A stretch of 55,143 nt of DNA from NCBI GenBank assembly GCA_020630615.1, contig JAHDBA010000015.1, forward strand, positions 36 through 55,178, given 5' to 3'. The DNA comes from Myxococcota bacterium. GTDB taxonomy: Bacteria > Myxococcota > UBA727 > JAHDBA01. The notes beneath the pieces are model-generated. The model saw only the letters and a list, made by a program, of their open reading frames with translations, made no database searches and was not told the DNA's origin. This document shows, in pieces, positions 50,085 through 55,143 of this stretch (positions are counted from its first letter, which is position 1; each line of letters opens with the position of its first letter). A program made the position numbers and the translations under genes.

Positions 50085-51206
50085 ATGATTAATAGAGCTC
50101 GACTTTGCAAAACGCTCATTTTGAAGTGGTGTAATATTCATTTGCCTTCTGGTGTGTGCGTCGCATTGTGCCTCAGCCTCGTCATGCTTGGGTGCGACCC
50201 AGATTCCAGCAAGACACAGAACAACACACTCGAAGAGAGTGAGGTGTCACCGCCTCAGAACCACAACAACAATGAAAGCACTAAGCATTGCGTGATGGAT
50301 GGCGTTAACAATGCTGATGAGAATCAGGACTGCGCTGAAAAGGAAGACCTGCAAGGTACATGCTTTGACGGTATTCAAAACCAGAATGAAGAGGCAATTG
50401 ATTGCGGTGGCGAGTGCGAAAGATGCCCTGCACCCGATGAGTTCTTTGCAGACTTGAGCTCTGGGTTTCAACACAATTGTGCGGTGCAGTCAGACGCGCA
50501 CCTTCGCTGTTGGGGCAAAAATGAATTCGGTGAGAGCGATGTACCAGAGGGCTCGTACACCCAGGTTAGTGCCGGCTTTAACCACACATGTGCCCTGGGC
50601 GAAGATCGGAGCATTTATTGCTGGGGAGACAACTCCTATGGGCAGCGCGACTACCCTGCAGGACACTATCAAGCAATCGGCGCGGGTGGTTATCATAGCT
50701 GTGCCTTGGACGAGTACGGAACGATTGAATGTTGGGGGAAAAACTCTGACAACCAACTTGGAAAACCGAGTGGCTCCTTTGTTGAAATCAGTGCAGGCTT
50801 TAATCACACGTGTGCTCTTGATATCGATGGTCATGTACGGTGTTGGGGAGGTGCCGACTCACTACAAAATACTGAGGCGAATACGTACACGAGTATCAGC
50901 TCAGGAAGCTACCATGCTTGTGCGATTCGTGACGACCAAGGAATTGATTGCTGGGGACAGTACTCCAAAAGAAGTACTCCGCGAGGGACCTTTCAAAGCG
51001 TGAGTGCAGGCCATCACTATACCTGTGCGCTGACGACGGACGCATCAATTCACTGTTGGGGAGACACGCCTTTCGCACGCAACACAGAGTTTGAAGGCAA
51101 ATACGTGAGCGTGAGTGCGGGTGCGTACCACGCATGCGGTGTCAAAATCAATGGCACCCTTCAATGTCTAGGCGAGAACCCTTTTGGGCAACTCTCTTTC
51201 CCTTAA
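50085..51206 (+). CDS. RCC1/BLIP-II repeat lipoprotein with Cys-rich module
   Basis: MLGC lipobox, CFDGIQNQNEEAIDCGGEC, and seven S(A/S)GxxHxCA...CWG-type repeats of about 37 aa; AAGGAG RBS before ATG 50085. Confidence 0.88.
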   Translation: MINRARLCKTLILKWCNIHLPSGVCVALCLSLVMLGCDPDSSKTQNNTLEESEVSPPQNHNNNESTKHCVMDGVNNADENQDCAEKEDLQGTCFDGIQNQNEEAIDCGGECERCPAPDEFFADLSSGFQHNCAVQSDAHLRCWGKNEFGESDVPEGSYTQVSAGFNHTCALGEDRSIYCWGDNSYGQRDYPAGHYQAIGAGGYHSCALDEYGTIECWGKNSDNQLGKPSGSFVEISAGFNHTCALDIDGHVRCWGGADSLQNTEANTYTSISSGSYHACAIRDDQGIDCWGQYSKRSTPRGTFQSVSAGHHYTCALTTDASIHCWGDTPFARNTEFEGKYVSVSAGAYHACGVKINGTLQCLGENPFGQLSFP

Positions 51207-51250
51207 CACCTGTCTTTGCCCGCTTAAACTTTTGACGAATGTTCATCCAC

Positions 51251-52666
51251 TTAGGCGCACTCGCTAAAAATCTTCCCCGGGTTCAGAATATTGTCAGGGT
51301 CAAAAGCGCTTTTAATCTTTCGATGGAGCTCAAGAGTCACACTATCAATTTCAAGGCCAATGCTTTCACGCTTTGCCAGGCCAATACCATGTTCGCCTGA
51401 AATAGAGCCGCCCATGCGCAGAGCCTCTTTAAAAATCTCCACATGAAAGTCGAGTACGCGTTCGCGTAAAGCGTCATCGTCAAAGCATACTTGAACATGC
51501 AGGTTGCCGTCGCCCGCGTGACCGAATGCAAATGCGTCCAAACCAGCGCCCTGCCCTCGTTCGCGAATCGTTTGCACCATTTCAATAATACGTGAACGTG
51601 GAACGACGATGTCTTCCGAAATTTTATAGTTCGAGCGTTTTCGAGTCGCCTCGCTCAACGCACGTCTGGAATCCCAAATGCGTTGGCGGGCGCGTTCATC
51701 GAGTGCGATTTCATGCATGGTCGAGCCGCAAGCCTCAGCAAGTTTTAACGCGAGCTCGAGCTCCTGGTATAATGCATCGTCATGAAAGCCGTCGACCTCG
51801 AAGAGTATTGCCGCTTCTGCATCCTCTGCAAACCGATAGGGCACGCCCAACTTGCGCGCAGAGTCGATGGATTCTCGGTCAAGGTATTCTGCGCAACGTG
51901 GCACATAAGAAAGCGAAGACATCTGCGAGATAAAGCTCGCCGCATCCTTTCTCGTTTTAAAAACAAAAACCGCGCTACCAACATGGCGTGGTTTCGGGAG
52001 CAGACGCAATGTCATTTGAGTGAGGAGACCCAAAGTACCTTCACTACCGACAAGGCAATCTTTAATGTTGTAGCCCACAACACTTTTAGCACAGGGCCTT
52101 CCGACACGATGTTTCTGACTCCGACCATCCACAAATTCAAGAGCGTTAACATAGTCGCGCGTCACACCGTATTTGACCGCACGCGCGCCCCCCGCGTTGG
52201 TTGCGACATTTCCGCCCAGGGTACACCAAGACAACGATGCTGGGTCCGGTGGGTAAAAGAGCCCCTCGGCTTCCACCGCGTCTTGCAGGTCTTTTAAAAC
52301 AACCCCGGGTTCGACAAAAACAAGTTGGTTCTCGCGATCGATGCGAAGAATGCGATTCATCGTACGAAAATCACAAATCACACCTTTCGTACCTGTTTCG
52401 ATGATGGCCCCACCGGCTTTACCGCTACCGGCGCCGCGAGCAATGAGCGGGACTTTCGTTTTCATACATATCTGTACGAGTTTTTCGACATCGTGAGCAC
52501 TTTGTACCGAAACGACCTCAAGCGGTATTTCTCCATAAAGACCTGGCGTCTCATCACGCCGGAAGTTTTCTTTGGCGCTCTGGTCTTGAACGCGCTTGAG
52601 ATTCTCCGCATCGATTAAATCGTTGAGCGGCGACTCAAGTGTGGTTGTTTGAAGCGCTCTCGACAT
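51251..52666 (-). CDS. FAD-linked oxidase, GlcD/D-lactate dehydrogenase family
   Basis: RGAGS..AGG, YPPDPAS, TLGGNVATNAGG, GSEGTLG, GHAGDGNLH, SGEHGIG, FDP.NILNPGK. Confidence 0.92.
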   Translation of the reverse strand: MSRALQTTTLESPLNDLIDAENLKRVQDQSAKENFRRDETPGLYGEIPLEVVSVQSAHDVEKLVQICMKTKVPLIARGAGSGKAGGAIIETGTKGVICDFRTMNRILRIDRENQLVFVEPGVVLKDLQDAVEAEGLFYPPDPASLSWCTLGGNVATNAGGARAVKYGVTRDYVNALEFVDGRSQKHRVGRPCAKSVVGYNIKDCLVGSEGTLGLLTQMTLRLLPKPRHVGSAVFVFKTRKDAASFISQMSSLSYVPRCAEYLDRESIDSARKLGVPYRFAEDAEAAILFEVDGFHDDALYQELELALKLAEACGSTMHEIALDERARQRIWDSRRALSEATRKRSNYKISEDIVVPRSRIIEMVQTIRERGQGAGLDAFAFGHAGDGNLHVQVCFDDDALRERVLDFHVEIFKEALRMGGSISGEHGIGLAKRESIGLEIDSVTLELHRKIKSAFDPDNILNPGKIFSECA

Positions 52667-52734
52667 CGTCTTCCGACTGCTCCGGCATTTGTGGTCGAAC
52701 CCTTTGACCTGGGCCCATCAATGGGGTTGATATT

Positions 52735-53835
52735 TTAGTGCACCCGTTGGGACAGACGAATTTCATCTTCAAGCAGAGGCGTTGAGAGTTTAGCACCGTC
52801 CCAAAAGGAAGCAATTCTCTTTTCCACCATTTCAAAACCTTTCATTTTGGCTCGATGCCGCAGAACTTCACCCTTACCAAGCTGAACACTTGCAAGAGAC
52901 GCAATTAAGGGAAGAATCACATCAACATCGCATCCTCGACGAGGCAGACGCGCAAGCGATTGGCTCAAATCTTTCGCCCTGGCTTCAAGCGCCAGCAATC
53001 CGATGCCTGCGACCATCAGCGGGACCGTGCGCATATCCATATCGGCAGGGGCGATTAAAGAAGTCATTGATTCTGCGCTCGCAATCTGAGCTCCATGAAT
53101 CGCCAACATCCCTTCGAGCCTTGTGAGTGTTCCACTTTGCCCTACAAGGGCACGTCGGCACCATGCCTTCGCACAACGCTCAGCACCATCGAGAACACTT
53201 TGACGAAAATGCTCTGCTGCGTCCGCGCCCTGCGTAACACGAGAGAGCCCACCCAGGAGATAAGCGGCGCTCAATGCTTCTACATGCTCTAATGCTAAAA
53301 CATCAACCAAGACGTCCACAAGACGGAGACGATCCTCGGCCGTGCGACATGCAAAGGAAAGAGGAGCAATCGAAGCAAGGAACTCTGCACTCACGCTCGC
53401 TTCTTCGTCTTTCTGAGAATCCATGTTTTTCGGTCTGCCATACAAACGTCGAAGTCGCCCTGCGAGACCCAGATTGCTCCCACGAATGGCGACACCCTCA
53501 AGGCCCGTTGCAAAGAGACTCAACTTCAGACGAGTGCGAGCCCGAAGATCGCTGAGGCCACCTTCACTTAGCGACTCCATGAATATGAGTGTTAGCGTCG
53601 TGGATGCACTATGATGGGCCACTTGCAGACGCCGCACGTTTTGATGGGTATCCAAGAGGGAGTCTTTCGACATCGGCCCTAAACTTGATGCTCCAGCCCA
53701 AGGAGCACTGAAAGCGTCGCCAACCGCAAGTCCTAAAACTTGAGCTTCAAAACGCTTGCGAAGCGTCAACCCAGTTGGCTCAATGCTCATTTGAGGTTGA
53801 ACATTCACATTTGAACTAATATCGAAGGCGCTCAT
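52735..53835 (-). CDS. ADP-ribosylglycohydrolase-fold protein, degenerate
   Basis: LGLAVGDAFSAP and C-terminal GCDVDV..LIASL match the ARH/DraG pattern, but the TDD motif is missing. Confidence 0.6.
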   Translation of the reverse strand: MSAFDISSNVNVQPQMSIEPTGLTLRKRFEAQVLGLAVGDAFSAPWAGASSLGPMSKDSLLDTHQNVRRLQVAHHSASTTLTLIFMESLSEGGLSDLRARTRLKLSLFATGLEGVAIRGSNLGLAGRLRRLYGRPKNMDSQKDEEASVSAEFLASIAPLSFACRTAEDRLRLVDVLVDVLALEHVEALSAAYLLGGLSRVTQGADAAEHFRQSVLDGAERCAKAWCRRALVGQSGTLTRLEGMLAIHGAQIASAESMTSLIAPADMDMRTVPLMVAGIGLLALEARAKDLSQSLARLPRRGCDVDVILPLIASLASVQLGKGEVLRHRAKMKGFEMVEKRIASFWDGAKLSTPLLEDEIRLSQRVH

Positions 53836-53994
53836 GTGTATCTCCCCAGCATTCAGAGTTTTGCGAGTCAGAGAACCTTGCTCTCAAAGCTATCGAGTCG
53901 CACTCAAAAGGCATCAACAGAGAGGAGTTAACGCGATCACATGCTCATGCGCAAGGCAAAAGGAAGCATAGTTTCAAGAGCGACATGATTTTCT

Positions 53995-55143
53995 CTATAC
54001 CACATTCGTATTTAGCATCTTTGATATCGCCTGTGGGATCCCACCGAACGCACCGTTCGACATCAAAACCACCACCAGCTCTCGCCCTTTCTCTGGTGCG
54101 CTTACGCTCTGATCATCACTGCCAACGTGTTTGACGGCGCCAGCATTCACAACAGCGGCGACACATTCTTGAACCTTGGCGAGGTTATTGGGCAGATGAC
54201 ACAACGTTTCGTGAGCCCCCAAGAGTTTAGCAACCACCTCGCGGCGTAATGTGTCCTCCCCAAGGTCTCGCCCAGGAGGCGCCAATATAACTTCATCCGC
54301 GAGCGAAAGCGCCGAAGCGTAATCGTGCTCAAAGATTCTACGGCAACTTGAAGCGGAACGAGGCTCAAACACACCAAAGATACGGGCCTTCGGGAAGGCA
54401 TGCCGAACTCCCTCGAGTGTCGTTCGTACTGCGCTCGGGTGATGTGCAAAATCATTAAACACGCGAACGTGGCCCACGTTCTCAACTTTAGCATCAAACA
54501 ATGGTTCCATTCGCCGGGCAACGCCAGGGAAACTCTTAAAGCCTGACTCGATTTCTTCAAAACTTAGCCCATACTTTTTAAGTAGGACGAATGCTCCCAA
54601 AGCATTTAAGATGTTATGGCGACCAAGCATTGGAATGTGTAAACTCCCAAGAGCTGTACCGCGCCAGACAATCGTGAATTCTTGGCCGCCTGGGACGTCT
54701 CGAACGTCTTTTGCCACGACGTCTATATCATCACTCATACTCTTTGAGGAGGATGCGAAACCATAGGTCAATATCGAATCTTTCGGCAGACCCTTCAACG
54801 CTACCTCACGGATCCGCCCGAGGGCCCCTGCAGAGCCTTGTTCATCCTTGCCGGTCGGAGCAGCAATCGCCAAAGTGGCATCCGCATCAAGGCCCTCAAC
54901 CAACTCAATAAAGCGGCCCTCTATCGCCTCGAGGTTTGGATAAATGTCTGCATGGTCAAACTCAACACTTGTAATTTGCAGGAATTTGGGAAGGTAATGA
55001 AGAAATTTCGGCCCTTTGTCGAAATAGGCAGTGTCGTACTCATCGCCCTCAAGAACGAATGGACCGCCCGCATGACCAAGAAGAGCGCTGTGCTTAAAGC
55101 CATGGGGTGCACCACCGATGAGGTAACCCGGGTCTTTTTTTGC
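53995..55143 (-). CDS. mpl: Murein peptide ligase Mpl (MurC-like); 5' end lies outside the window
   Basis: The frame stays open to the window end. EGDEYDTAYFDKGPKFLHY, EFDHADIY, G.HN..NA, F.GV.RR, DFAHHP, FEPRS, MSNG.FGG. Confidence 0.92.
   Translation of the reverse strand, partial: AKKDPGYLIGGAPHGFKHSALLGHAGGPFVLEGDEYDTAYFDKGPKFLHYLPKFLQITSVEFDHADIYPNLEAIEGRFIELVEGLDADATLAIAAPTGKDEQGSAGALGRIREVALKGLPKDSILTYGFASSSKSMSDDIDVVAKDVRDVPGGQEFTIVWRGTALGSLHIPMLGRHNILNALGAFVLLKKYGLSFEEIESGFKSFPGVARRMEPLFDAKVENVGHVRVFNDFAHHPSAVRTTLEGVRHAFPKARIFGVFEPRSASSCRRIFEHDYASALSLADEVILAPPGRDLGEDTLRREVVAKLLGAHETLCHLPNNLAKVQECVAAVVNAGAVKHVGSDDQSVSAPEKGRELVVVLMSNGAFGGIPQAISKMLNTNVV

Noticed and set aside
50450-51200. 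Regularly spaced repeats that could suggest a CRISPR array or DGR-type repeats
   Set aside because: They are degenerate protein-level RCC1 repeats inside an ORF. There are no identical DNA repeats, cas genes or reverse transcriptase.

Overview
A 55 kb bacterial chromosomal segment of roughly 48% GC (estimated by eye). It is probably from a marine Myxococcota/deltaproteobacterial lineage, inferred from the Na+-NQR operon, Cys-rich lipoproteins and an AgmX/TonB-C-like lipoprotein. Housekeeping content: class Ia RNR (nrdAB) with tandem NrdR boxes, RNase P RNA, a fused E1 2-oxoacid dehydrogenase, a porin-MMPL-RNB-thyA-folA run, nqrABCDEF, tRNA-Tyr/tRNA-Thr/tuf/tRNA-Trp/secE/nusG, cstA, a GlcD-like oxidase and a partial mpl. 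Accessory patches: a speA-speB-deoxyhypusine-synthase-like polyamine operon, two SDRs, several Cys-rich surface proteins and three clear pseudogenes (CobW/ZigA GTPase, serpin, barstar). I see no CRISPR array, prophage, integrase or transposase, and I cannot show a wholly new multi-gene system. The best leads are: (1) an NqrA with two intact RnfC-type [4Fe-4S] motifs, (2) an antisense Cys-rich lipoprotein gene sitting where tRNA-Gly usually lies in the Tyr-Gly-Thr-tuf cluster, with rpmG and rplK also missing from their usual places, (3) the polyamine operon, (4) an orphan caspase-fold His/Cys protein and (5) a degenerate ADP-ribosylglycohydrolase. All family calls come from recognising motifs, not from database searches.
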